Source: Chiloscyllium plagiosum (lineage: Eukaryota). From it: 64,000 bases of DNA. Positions 50,960-61,884 of this stretch are shown here, one piece after another. The notes below the pieces were generated by a model. The model did no database searches, was not told where the DNA came from, and worked only from the letters and a program-made list of their open reading frames with translations. Position numbers and translations under genes: made by a program. The stretch covers positions 7,345,600-7,409,599 of the forward strand of contig NC_057758.1 of the NCBI RefSeq assembly GCF_004010195.1. The letters are read 5' to 3'. Position 1 is the stretch's first letter, and each line of letters starts with the position of its first letter.

Positions 50960-53585
50960 ATTTACTCCTAACGTTGGTCCTTGAGAATCTTTTCCAATAA
51001 TTTCACTAACACTGATGTGCGATTTACAGGTCTGTCATTTCCAGGATTACCCCTACTGCCCTTCTTCAATGATGGGACTAGATTGGCTATTCTCCAAATC
51101 TCTGGGACATCACCTGTAACCAAAGAGTACACAAAAATATCTGTCAATGCTCTGACTTGTTCTCTTGCCTTCATCAATATTTTGGTATAGAATCATTTTT
51201 AATATGCATGACAACTCATCCTTTTTAATAGTAACTTGTCTTTGAAACTTGACGCTCCCTTCCCTGAGATTATCCTCCACCAATTCCTTCTCATTGCTGA
51301 ATATTGAGACAAAGTATTCGTGTCCGATCTCACCAAACTCTTTCGGTTACACCCATGTATTGTCTCCATAGTCTTTGAGTTAGCCAACTCTTTCCCTGGT
51401 TACATTCTTGCTTTTTTTTACATGGATAAAAAGCCTTTGAATTCTCCTTCATTCTATTTGCTAACAACGTTTCATGACCCCTTTTAGTCTTTCTAATTCA
51501 TTGTTTACGTTCTTTCCCACTTCCCTTACACACTTCATTGTCTTCATCAGTTCCCATCCTCCTCGACCTTCCAAAGACTTCCTTTCTCTTCCTGACTAAG
51601 GTCTCAACATCTCTGGTCATCCGAGGTTCATATAAATTGCCATACACCTCCATCATTCTCCCAGGTATGTGCTACACAAGAAATTTTGTCAACTGCTGTT
51701 TGATAAAATCCCAAATGTCCTAAGTCGATTTAGCCTCAAATACTTGCTTGCAAAATTTGACACTTCCTGCCTAATATTGTTGCAGTTTGCCTTCTCCCAA
51801 ATTAAGAGGACAGCTGTTATCACTATCCGTGAATATCTTTGAGTCAGAGAGTAATGGAGATGTACAGCATGGAAACAGATACTTGGGTCCAACCCGTACA
51901 TGCTGACCAGATATCCAAACCCAATTTAGTCCCGCCTGCCGGCACCCGTCCCATATCCCTCAAAACCCTTCTTATTCACATACCAATCCAAATGCCTCTT
52001 AAATGTTGCAATTGTACCAGTCTCCACCACTTCCTCTGGCAGCTCATTCCATACACGTCCCAACCTCTGTGTGAAACGTTTTCCCCTTAGGTCTTTTTTA
52101 TATCTTTCCTCTCTCACCCTAAACCTGTGCCCTCGAATTCTGGACGCGATGAACCCAGGGAAAAGACTTTCCCTATTTAATCTATCCATGCCCCTCATAA
52201 TTTAGTAAACCTCTATGAGGTCACCCCTCAGTCTCCGACGCTCCAGGGAAAGCAGCACCAGCCTATTCAGCCTCTCCCTATAGCTCAAATCCTCCTACCC
52301 TGGCAACATCGTTGTGAATCTTTTTCTGAACCCTTTCAAGTTTCGCAACATATTTGTGATAAGAAGGAGACGTGAATTGCGCGCAATATTCCAACAGTGG
52401 CCTAACCAATATTCTTTATAGCCGCAACATGACCTCCCAACTCCTGTACTCAATACTCTGACCAATAAAGGAAAGCATTCAAAACGTCTTAATTCACTAT
52501 CCTATCTACCTGCGACTCCACTTTCAAGGACCTGCGCTCCAAGGTCTCTTTGTTCAAAAACACTCCCACGGACCTTACCATTAACTGTAAAATTCTTTTA
52601 AGATTTCCTTTCCCAAAATGCAGCACCTCGCATTTATCTGAATTATGCTCCATCTGCCACTTCTCAGCTCATTGGCCCATCTGGTCCAGATCCTGTTGTA
52701 ATCTGAGGTAACCCTCTTCGCTGTCCACTACACCTCCAATTTTGGTGTCACCTGCAAACTTACTAACTGTACCTCTTATGCTCGCATCCAAATCATTTAT
52801 GTAAATGACAAAAAGTAGAGGACCCAGCACCGATCCTTGTGGCACTCCACTGGTCATCGCCCTCCAATCTGAAAAACAATCCGCCACCACCACCCTCTAT
52901 CTTCTACTTTTCAGCCAGTTCTGTAACCAAATGGCTAGTTCTCCCTGTATTCCGTGAGATCTAACCTTGCTGATCAGTCTTCCATGGGGAACCGTGTCGA
53001 ACGCCTTACTGAAGACCATCCAGATCACATCTACTGCTCTGCCTTCATCAATCGTCTTTGTTATTTCTTCAAAAAGACTCAATCAAGTTTGTGAAACAAA
53101 CTTACCCATGCACAATGCATTATTGATTATCCCTAATCAGTCCTTGCCTATCTAAACACTAAGACAACGGCGAGATTCAAACCCACGTGTGCAGAGTACA
53201 ATAGATAAGCAGTCCATCGCCTTAACCACTCGGCCACCTTGGCCTACCGAAACGGGCTCAGTATTATCGCCACTTCTCCCAAAATTCTCCCACAGTGAAA
53301 CTTCACTTACCTGGCCTGATTAAATTCCGAAACTCAGGTCCCTTCCTTGGTTGGACAGTTTATCTATTGTGTCAAGAATCCCTCCTGAACGAATCTTACA
53401 AATTCTGCCCATCCAAGTTCCTCGCGCGTTGGGGAAGTTAAAACCACCCACCACAACAACACTGCTTTTACATCTTTCCAGGATCTGTCTGCATGTTCTC
53501 TCCTCTCTTGTCTGCTGCTCATTGGGAGGCCTGTAGTATACACCCAACATTGTGATTTCACATTTTCTATTCCTGAGTCTTAAGA
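50960..53585 (-). mobile_element. Several CR1 fragments (linker/RT, RT to 3' end, endonuclease)
   Basis: WRIANLVPSLKKG, SGVPQGSVLGPLLFVIYINDL, KFAGDTKIG, GVYYRPPN...VGGFNFP. Confidence 0.88.
53162..53243 (-). tRNA. tRNA-Ser(GCT), degenerate, probably a pseudogene
   Basis: GCCAAGGTGGCCGAGTGGTTAAGGCGATGGACTGCTTATCTATTGTACTCTGCACACGTGGGTTTGAATCTCGCCGTTGTC. A-box intact and long variable arm present; T-loop reads GTTTGA and stems have mismatches. Confidence 0.8.
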
Positions 53586-53649
53586 AATTAATCTTGCACT
53601 GACCTTGCTTCTTTGAATCTGCTCTTGAGTGTTTATATTACACCTGGAA

Positions 53650-55420
53650 TTATTTCTTCACCGGGAACTAGATCCTTCTCCTCCACCCATTTTATAATGC
53701 CCTACAGAGACATGCCATTTCTCCATCTAAAGCCGAGTACTGATTTTACCAATTTCACCCGGTGTGGAATAGTTCTTGTCCCATGCAGGGAAGTGTAGGC
53801 TTCAGGCTCCATTTCCAGCCAAGCAATGAATTTAACAATTTCACCCAATGTGGGACTTCTGAAGACGCAGATAGGGAGATTTAGATGCAATCCCGATCAC
53901 AGGCTCGTGTTTGTTGATGCTTCATGGAGTCTGGAATTGAGAACCCCCACATGCATGAACGTCCGCAGCAGGAAAGTACCAGGTTCCATCTTGGCCTAGT
54001 ACTGCCGAGAATACCAATCTCATTCCTAACCTGAGAGATCAGAAACCCAGTAATCGTTGGAAATTGACATACTGGTCTTTTGTTTTGAAGCAAGCCAGGT
54101 GACTCAGACCAGTATGCCTCATCTGCCAGTTTTCCTGACTTTTCCTTCCGGGACAGACCAAGACCAACAATGTAGGGAAACATAAACCTAGGCATCACCG
54201 TGGGGAGTTGAGCTTACAGAATGATGTGAAACGAAGGACCACCACACTCACAGCTAGATACATGTACACACAGAGCAGCAGTGTCCCAGGCTCCCTTCTC
54301 GGGCCCTTTCGGAAACTGAGCTCACACATGATGATGTGGGATGAATTGAGACCCACAGAGATGGGACGTTTAGGTCTAAGATTCAGATCCTGGGCCTAGT
54401 ATTTACAGTTGATCTAGGGTTAGCTGAACCACACAAATCAGCGATAGAGAGCGCAGACTGAATATGGGCCTAACCATGACTGGGTCAACTTCACCCCTGG
54501 TGTCGGTTGGATGGAATAACCTTCCGCACCGCCCACACCATCACACATGGAGCAGGCACATAAAGGCTCAAGTTGAGGCCTGGGCCGAGTCAGCCAATGT
54601 CATTCGTGCTGCTGCATAAACTGAGCCACATCCCATTCGCACCCTGGCTATGATGTGTTAGGCATTTAGCCATTATCTCCACAATGCAGTGAAATATAGG
54701 CTCAAGATGCATCACGGGCCTATAGCTGGGAGAGCCAATTAGCCAGTTTCACTACTAGTAGTGGATTTAATGCAGTGGAATATAGGACTAGGCTGTCTAA
54801 CAGTCCTAGGACTCAGTGAGACAATCAGAGTGCAGGACCGATCTTGCCACTCAGTCCAAGGAAATCTTAGTTCTGCCTCTATTTAATTTTGCTTCCCCAA
54901 TTGGCTGTGCTTTTGGCTGAGGCCGCGATGATGCCCAATTGGTATCATTGGCCACTACTGCGCCACAGTTGAGTGCAGCCTCACCAGCTCAAGACCCCCA
55001 GTTTCCATGATTACCCTCCACGGCTCCTGGATGTTCACCTCCAGGCACTCGCTCGCTCACTCCTGGTAATAACATGGAGGATTGGGAGTCCATCAGCCAT
55101 CCGTGTCAGCACAGTGCCTCATGCACCATATCGTGGGTGAGCCGCAGTAGCTGAATGAGATCCAGCACCACCTCCACCAGCAGCTGCAGCTCACAATCAC
55201 CGTCCACTACTGGCTGGATGCCAACATCGAATCCGTCCTGACCTCGTAGGGCTTCAGCAAGGTGGAGGGCAATGAGCTGTCCCAAGGGGTCCTCTGGCCC
55301 ATCCTCGGCATGATGCACCAGGTGGCCATGCCAGTGCCTACATCATCACACACTGGGTGGGCAGAGTTGTCGAGGATTTGAAGCCTGGGACCTAGCACTT
55401 ACGGCCAGGAATTGGTTAAT
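53650..55420 (-). repeat. Unclassified dispersed repeat, copy 2
   Basis: Inverse homologue of 5200-7450, including ~88-bp internal subrepeats (aatttcaccc..tgtgg). Confidence 0.75.
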
Positions 55421-55649
55421 GTCAAGCATGGTTCAAAAGCATCAGGTCTAGTCATAATGAAAAAAAATAGAATTTGATCGAGGCCATTCTGACAAATCTT
55501 CCCTTCCCACACCCAGCACAGCAAGGGAGAGAGAATCACATCTGTTCCCTACCTGCAACTTTTCAACAAAAGCCCCAGACCCACAACACAAAAAATAACA
55601 GGGAAATTATGAAAAGCCTGGCCCTGGGTCGGGAACGAGGAGAAATAGG

Positions 55650-56850
55650 CTAATGGAGGGCGGGGTTTGGGAAAATGGGGGCGTGGGAGTAAGGTACTAG
55701 GTGTTGTGGTGGGGGCAGAGATAGAGTGCACGGTGCATGGCATTGTAGTTGGAGCAGGACTAAAGTTGCACTGGGTGTAGCATTGTAGTTGGAACAGGAC
55801 TTTGGATGCGCTGGGCAGAGCAGAGAGTTTGGGAGAGGTGTGTGGGGAGCAGCGGGCTGTGCACAGTGTTTGGGGTGGAGTTTGGGATTGACTGGGCGTG
55901 TCACAGTGTTTGGATGGGGTTTGGAGTGTGCTGAATGGGGCACGGTGTTTGGGGGTTGTTTGGGTGTGCTGGGTGGGACCCAATGTTTCTATCAGATTTC
56001 GGTTGTGCTGTGGTACAGCACACTGCGACTGGGTTTGGGGTGTGCTGGCGGGGCACAGAATGCGGGAAGGGATTTGTGGTTTACTGGACGGGGTACAGTG
56101 TTTGGAATGGTGTTTGGGGTGCGCTGTGTGGGTCACAGTGTTTGGGATAGGGTTTGCGCTCTGCTGGGTAGAGAACAGTGTGTGGAATGCGGTTTGGGGT
56201 GCGCTGAGTGGGGCACAGTATGTGGGAAAGATTTTGGGGTCTGCTGAAAGGGGCATAGGGTTGGGACAGGGTTTGGGATGTGCTGGGCGGGGCATAGCAT
56301 ATGGCGGCTCAGCGTGGGGTGTGCTGGGCGGGGCACAGTGTCTGTTGGGTGTTTGCGGTGTGTGGGGCGGGACACAGTGTTTGAGGGTGGAGTTTGGAGT
56401 GTGCTGGATGGGGCACAGTGTTTGGGCGTGGGGTTTGGGATGAGCCGGGCGGGGAACAGTGTTTGTGGGCGGTGTTTGCGGTTTGCTGGGCGGGGCACAG
56501 TGTTTGGGCGTTGGAGTTTCTGGTGTGCTGGTTGGGGCACAGTGTTTGGGGGTGGTGTTTGCGGTGTCCTGGGTGGGGAACAGTATTTGGGGTGGAGGTT
56601 GGGGTGTGCTGGGCGGGGCACAGTTTGGGGTCGGGCCTTGCTATGTGCTGGACGGGACATCGTGTTTTGGGGTGGAGTTCGGGGTATGCAGGGCAGGGCA
56701 CAGTGTTTGGGGTGGAGTGTGCGGTGTGCTGGGCTGGACACAGTGTTTGGGGTCGGGTTTGGTGTTGAAGATTGGGGTATNNNNNNNNNNNNNNNNNNNN
56801 NNNNNNNNNNNNNNNNNNGGGTACAGTAGTGAGGGCGGAGTTTGGGGAGT
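55650..56850. repeat. G/T-rich ~38-40-bp minisatellite (gtgtgctgggcggggcacagtgtttgggg)
   Basis: Many tandem units running into an assembly gap. Confidence 0.9.
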
Positions 56851-57744
56851 TGGTTCTGTCCAATGGAAAACTGAAAACAGCAAAGTATTGGAGACCACAG
56901 CGAGTCAAGGGCTGTATCCATGGAGAGGGAGGAAGCTCACGTTTTGAGTTTAGATGTTGACGTGTGGAGGGAGCAGCCTTTATGCAACATTGCTGGGGGG
57001 ATGGTTGGACTGCTGGGGCTTAGAAAGGATGTTGATAATTCAGATTAAATGATCAGACTGTGTGAATGGTAGAATAACTGTGTGTCTATCTGCCAAACTG
57101 GCAAGAGTAGACCGTCCTACTGGTGTGGGCACGATGGGAGAATGGGCGATAGAGAAGGTAAAAAGGAAAGCTGAAAGGCAATGAAGGAATGAGTTCACAA
57201 TTTGAAGGTGCTGAGCTCAACATTAGTCCAGAATTCTATGAATATGCCTAGTTTGAAATTGAGATGTTACTCCTCCAGTTTCCGCTTTGACCCACTGGAG
57301 TATGGTAGTGTGCTTAGGTGATACAGATGGGCTTGTGAGTAGAATGCTGTGTTAAAATGACTGGCCTACGAGAAGGTCAGGGTTATGCTTGTACACGGAC
57401 TGGAGGTATTGTGCTAATGGAGTGAAAAGTTAATGTTGAGCAGGGCTTGAGCCAGCAAGTGGAGTTTGAGAAAGAGGTGGGTTTATGAGATGGCGGATTG
57501 CGGGAGCCCTGAGCATCGCCTCTCAGCCTCAGCGAGCTGGGCCATCTGCAGAGGAAGATTCCGTCCCCTGGAGAAGCCAGAGTTGGCAACAGGAACAGAA
57601 CGTCAAGTTGTGAAGGAGGCAAGAGATGGGGAACAAGTCCCAGAGGCAGAATATCCGCCAGCTCCACGACCCCCACCCCATCCCACACAAATGCCAGGGA
57701 TGAACGATTGAAATCAAGGGATGGTCAAGGAGGCCAGAAACATA

Positions 57745-58030
57745 GGAATACAGAGATTAGATTCCCTAAAGTGTGGAAACAGATAATTCAGGGCAACAAG
57801 TCCACACCAATCCTCCGAAGAGTAACCCACCCAGACCCACTTCCCCTCTGACTAATGCACCTGGCAATTTAATATGACCAATTCACCTGACCTGCACATC
57901 TTTGTGACTGTGGGAGGAAACCTGCATAGACACGGGGAGAATGTGCAAACTCCCTATAGACTGTCACCCGAGGCTGGAATCAAACCTGGGACCCTGGTGC
58001 AGTGAAGCAGCATTGCTAACCACTAAGCCG
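57745..58030 (-). mobile_element. HE1/V-SINE-like SINE
   Basis: Same structure as the other copies. Confidence 0.85.
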
Positions 58031-58099
58031 CCCCAGGCAACGATCAGCGCAGACACGGCACTGTAGTTATTACATCCTTGCCAACACCAGCACGACACT

Positions 58100-58174
58100 T
58101 GGTAATTGCGTGGGATTGAACCCACGACCTTGGTGTTATTAACACCACGCTCTAGCCATCTGAGCTGACCGATC
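58100..58174 (-). tRNA. tRNA-Ile(AAT), degenerate, probably a pseudogene
   Basis: GATCGGTCAGCTCAGATGGCTAGAGCGTGGTGTTAATAACACCAAGGTCGTGGGTTCAATCCCACGCAATTACCA. Anticodon and T arms pair; the acceptor stem is broken. Confidence 0.8.
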
Positions 58175-58232
58175 AATGCAATCCAACAATCACCGACCAA
58201 CGATCTCGGTATGTCCTCAGAGGAAGCGAGAT

Positions 58233-58990
58233 GGAGATGGGTGTAGGGACATGATTTTCTTACAGACATGAGGGGAATTGGGGGCTGGATGAGGAGAAAG
58301 AAATAGTGGTGTGGCTTAGGTTTAGGAGATTACACAGAGAAAGCGGTGTAAGGTCTGGAGGAGTTTGCAGACACGGGACACAGATTGAAGTCAATTGTTA
58401 AGAGACTCAGTGGAGGCCAGCGGCGAATTGAAATTGACCCTTGCCTCCATCCCCAAACATCCACTGAGCACGAAAAGCCCAGGCTTCATTTCCGGCCTGA
58501 TATTGTGTGTGGGATCTTGTGAGTAAATAATGCTAGATGCAGTCGAACAACTGTTGCTACCATGTGACAGCACGCCGAATGAGGAAGGGGGTAAACTAAC
58601 CAAATATTCACGGAGATGGGTGTAGGGACATGATTTTCTTACAGACATGAGGGGAATTGGGGGCTGTAGGAGGAGAAAGAGATAGTGGTGTGGCTTAGGT
58701 TTAGGAGATTACACAGAGAAAGCGGTGTAAGGTCTGGAGGAGTTTGCAGACACGGGACACAGATTGAAGTCAATTGTTAAGAGACTCAGTGGAGGCCAGC
58801 GGCGAATTGAAATTGACCCTTGCCTCCATCCCCAAACATCCACTGAGCACGAAAAGCCCAGGCTTCATTCCGGGCCTGATATTGTGTGTGGGATCTTGTG
58901 AGTAAATAATGCTGGATGCAGTCGAACAACTGTTGCTACCATGTGACAGCACGCCGAATGAGGAAGGGGTTAAACTAACCAAATATTCAC
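58233..58990. repeat. Near-identical tandem duplication (379-bp unit)
   Basis: ggagatgggtgtagggacatg occurs at 58233 and 58612, and both copies end aaactaaccaaatattcac. Confidence 0.92.
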
Positions 58991-59689
58991 CAGTTTAATT
59001 TTCACATGCTGGTCCATCATCATATACATTGGTACTCATTGTCACTGCCTTTAACATCTGTGAAGTAGAGTTCTGGTTGTTAATATTTATTGGACTGACA
59101 ATGAAGTCTTTAATTTGTTAATATTGAGGGTGATATTTATTGATTGGCATGAGCAACATTCCTGAGGAGTTATGTAGTCCCCAGGCCTTGTGGTTGGAAA
59201 TGGTTGGGGAGGGGTTGGTGGTGGGTGTGATGGACAGCCATTTTGTTCATAACTTGTACTTCACCCTTTCACTCCCTCTCCACCACACACAACTACACCA
59301 CCCCAACCCAAATATAATGCCCAACCCACCCTACACGTTGACATTCGTGTGTGTGTGTGTGTATGTGTGTCTGTGTCTGTCTGTCCGTCCGTCTGTCTAT
59401 CTCTTTGTGTGTAATTGCTTTCAACGAGTGTTCGTGTGCGTTTGTTTTCAGTATGTGTGAATGTGTCTGTGCTTGGGTCTGTGGAGTTTGTATCCTCATA
59501 TGTGTGTGTGTACCTGTAGCCAGGCAGAGGAAGAAAGAAGCATGTGCTGTTTCACTGAGGGACTGACTCAACACCCTCCCGGAATGTTAATTTCAGGAAT
59601 GATCCTAATGCGAGTCTGGGGTATTCCGTCCAACTGTAGACTCAGCCATCATTTGCTATGTCTGAATCACTTCCTCCCTCAGGCTCCTC

Positions 59690-60620
59690 TGATCTAAGAA
59701 AAAAACACCTCACACTGTTTAACCTCTTCAAATAACTGAAACAACCAGGTCCGGAAACATCCTGGAAAATCTCCTCTCCAGTGTTATTGCATCCCTCCCT
59801 TTAATGTGGATTCCAGAACTGCACATGATACTCCAGCTGTTACCTGAACTGTTTTATCCTGTTGCAGCATCATCTCCCTACTCTTAAACTCTATGCCTCC
59901 ACTAATAAACCCAAGTGGACCACATGTATTCTTAACCACGTTATTCACCTGTCCTGGTACCTTAAGGGTGTCCACCCGATCGTCAATACTTCTCTGGTCC
60001 AACTTTCAATCATGTACATTCCTGCTTTGTTTTCCCTGCCCCAAAACATCAGCTCACATTTATCTCGATTGAATTCCATTTGCCACTGATAGTCCATCTG
60101 ACCAGCCAGTTTCTACCCTCTTGTAATCTATGGTGATCTGTCTCAATATTTGCCTCTGCATCAACTCTGTACTTCGTGAATTTACTGACCATCTGTCCTA
60201 CATTCAAGTCGAAATTATTGATGTCACTCACAAACAGCAGGGATCATGGGATCCCACTGGACGCAGACTTCCAGGCACAAAGACAGCTCTCAAACAATGC
60301 CCTCTGCTTCCTGCTTCGCAGCCAACTGTGAATTTAGTTCTCCAAATTGCTTTGGCTCTTTGGGCTCTTACGTTTCCTATCAGTCTCCCATATGGGACCT
60401 TTTCGAGAGCCAGGCTGACGCCCAATAGACAACATCAAAAGCATTACCGTTGTTGAAACACCTGGTCACCTTTTTGAAAAAAACACAATGATGTTGGTCT
60501 GACATGACCCCCCTCTAATGAAATCATGCTGACTGTTCCAGGTTCAACCCTGTATCTCCAAATGAAAATTAAATGTGTTCCTCTGAATTCCTTCCAATAG
60601 TGACTCCACCACCAAGTTTA
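59690..60620 (-). mobile_element. Old CR1 RT fragment
   Basis: ALEKVPYGRL, MVSKFTK, GIEFKSREMMLQ. Confidence 0.75.
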
Positions 60621-60812
60621 AACATTTTCTCTCTACATGCCTCTCTCTGTCTGCATCTCTCTCACACACTCGCTACCTCATTCACTGTCTCTGATTCATC
60701 TCTCTATTAACACCTCTCTATCTACTCCTCTCTCTGTCATTTTCTCTAACCCTTTCAAACTGTCTCTTGCTGGCTCTTTCCCAGTTTCTCTCTCTCTCCC
60801 TCAATTTACGCG

Positions 60813-60861
<49 letters not shown>

Positions 60862-61225
60862 NNNNNNNNNNNNNNNNNNNNNNNNNNNNNNNNNNNNNNN
60901 NNNNNNNNNNNNNNNNNNNNNNNNNNNNNNNNNNNNNNNNNNNNNNNNNNNNNNNNNNNNNNNNNNNNNNNNGTCTGTCAGTCTCGCTCTCATTCTCGCT
61001 CTCTATCTAACCTCTCTCTGTCTCTGTGTCAGACTGTCCTTACCTCACCAGTTTTCACTGCCATCCCCTTTTCCTGCTTTCACACGCTGGCACACAGCCT
61101 GACTCAGGAATCGTCTCGAGTCCAACCGTCCCCCACTCCAGGCCGGAACTACAGTTTTCTTCCACTCCCACCCTCTGTCCCCGGCCTCTCTCGGCCTGAG
61201 GCATGGCCGACACATCAAATCTTAC

Positions 61226-61874
61226 CTCAAAGACAGCATCCACCAGGCCATGAGCACTGCGAGCTGGGATGGGGGTGCAGCTGCAGCAACACTGGAGAAG
61301 TTCAAGGGCAAAGCAGCCTCTCCCAGTGTATGTGGTCACTGTGTGTTAGGTACACGGTCCTTCCCCACAGCGCCCAACCACGGGACTGGGTATCTTGGCG
61401 CAGTTCTGCCTCGCGTTTGGGATTGCTGGCCTGGAGAAATGGCGCATATTTCTGAATCGTGTGGATAGAGACGTCAGTATATCTTCTCTGACTCAGTGAC
61501 CTGGGGATAGAGAGTCCAGGTCAGTCACTGGCCACACACTAACTCCCTCTCCAGCAATTTCTGCCGATTACGGCTGGTTCCCAGTAGCTGGTTACAGACT
61601 GTCCATTGTCCTGGAACTGGGGGCTGGCATTGGAGTTTTGGTGGATTCTCCATGCATTGAATGCACAGGTTTACTCAATCATTGCTTCATCACTGGCCTG
61701 AGATTATTGCTGAGTCAGAAAGCAGCTCCCCGCTGAACTGGTTGCTGCTCACCTCCTCCTCCTCAGAGATTACTCAACTACGTCTTCCACCACAAACATC
61801 AGGGCCAGCATTTGCATTGGTGGAGCTGCATCGAAATCTCATTATTCTCCATCTCTGTCGACCAAACCATAATC
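61226..61874 (-). pseudogene. Two putative exons (61753-61874 and 61226-61500) of an unidentified, disabled protein-coding gene
   Basis: Canonical cag|...|gtgag and ccccag|...|gtaag boundaries with compatible splice phase. Three stops and one inferred 1-bp insertion. Confidence 0.55.
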
Positions 61875-61884
61875 CTGGCCAACA

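Noticed and set aside
55549..56960. Pro/His/Gly-rich ORFs up to 262 aa
   Set aside because: Minisatellite translations.
60637..61455. 272-aa plus-strand ORF
   Set aside because: It spans microsatellites and a gap. The coding-like signal is on the opposite strand.
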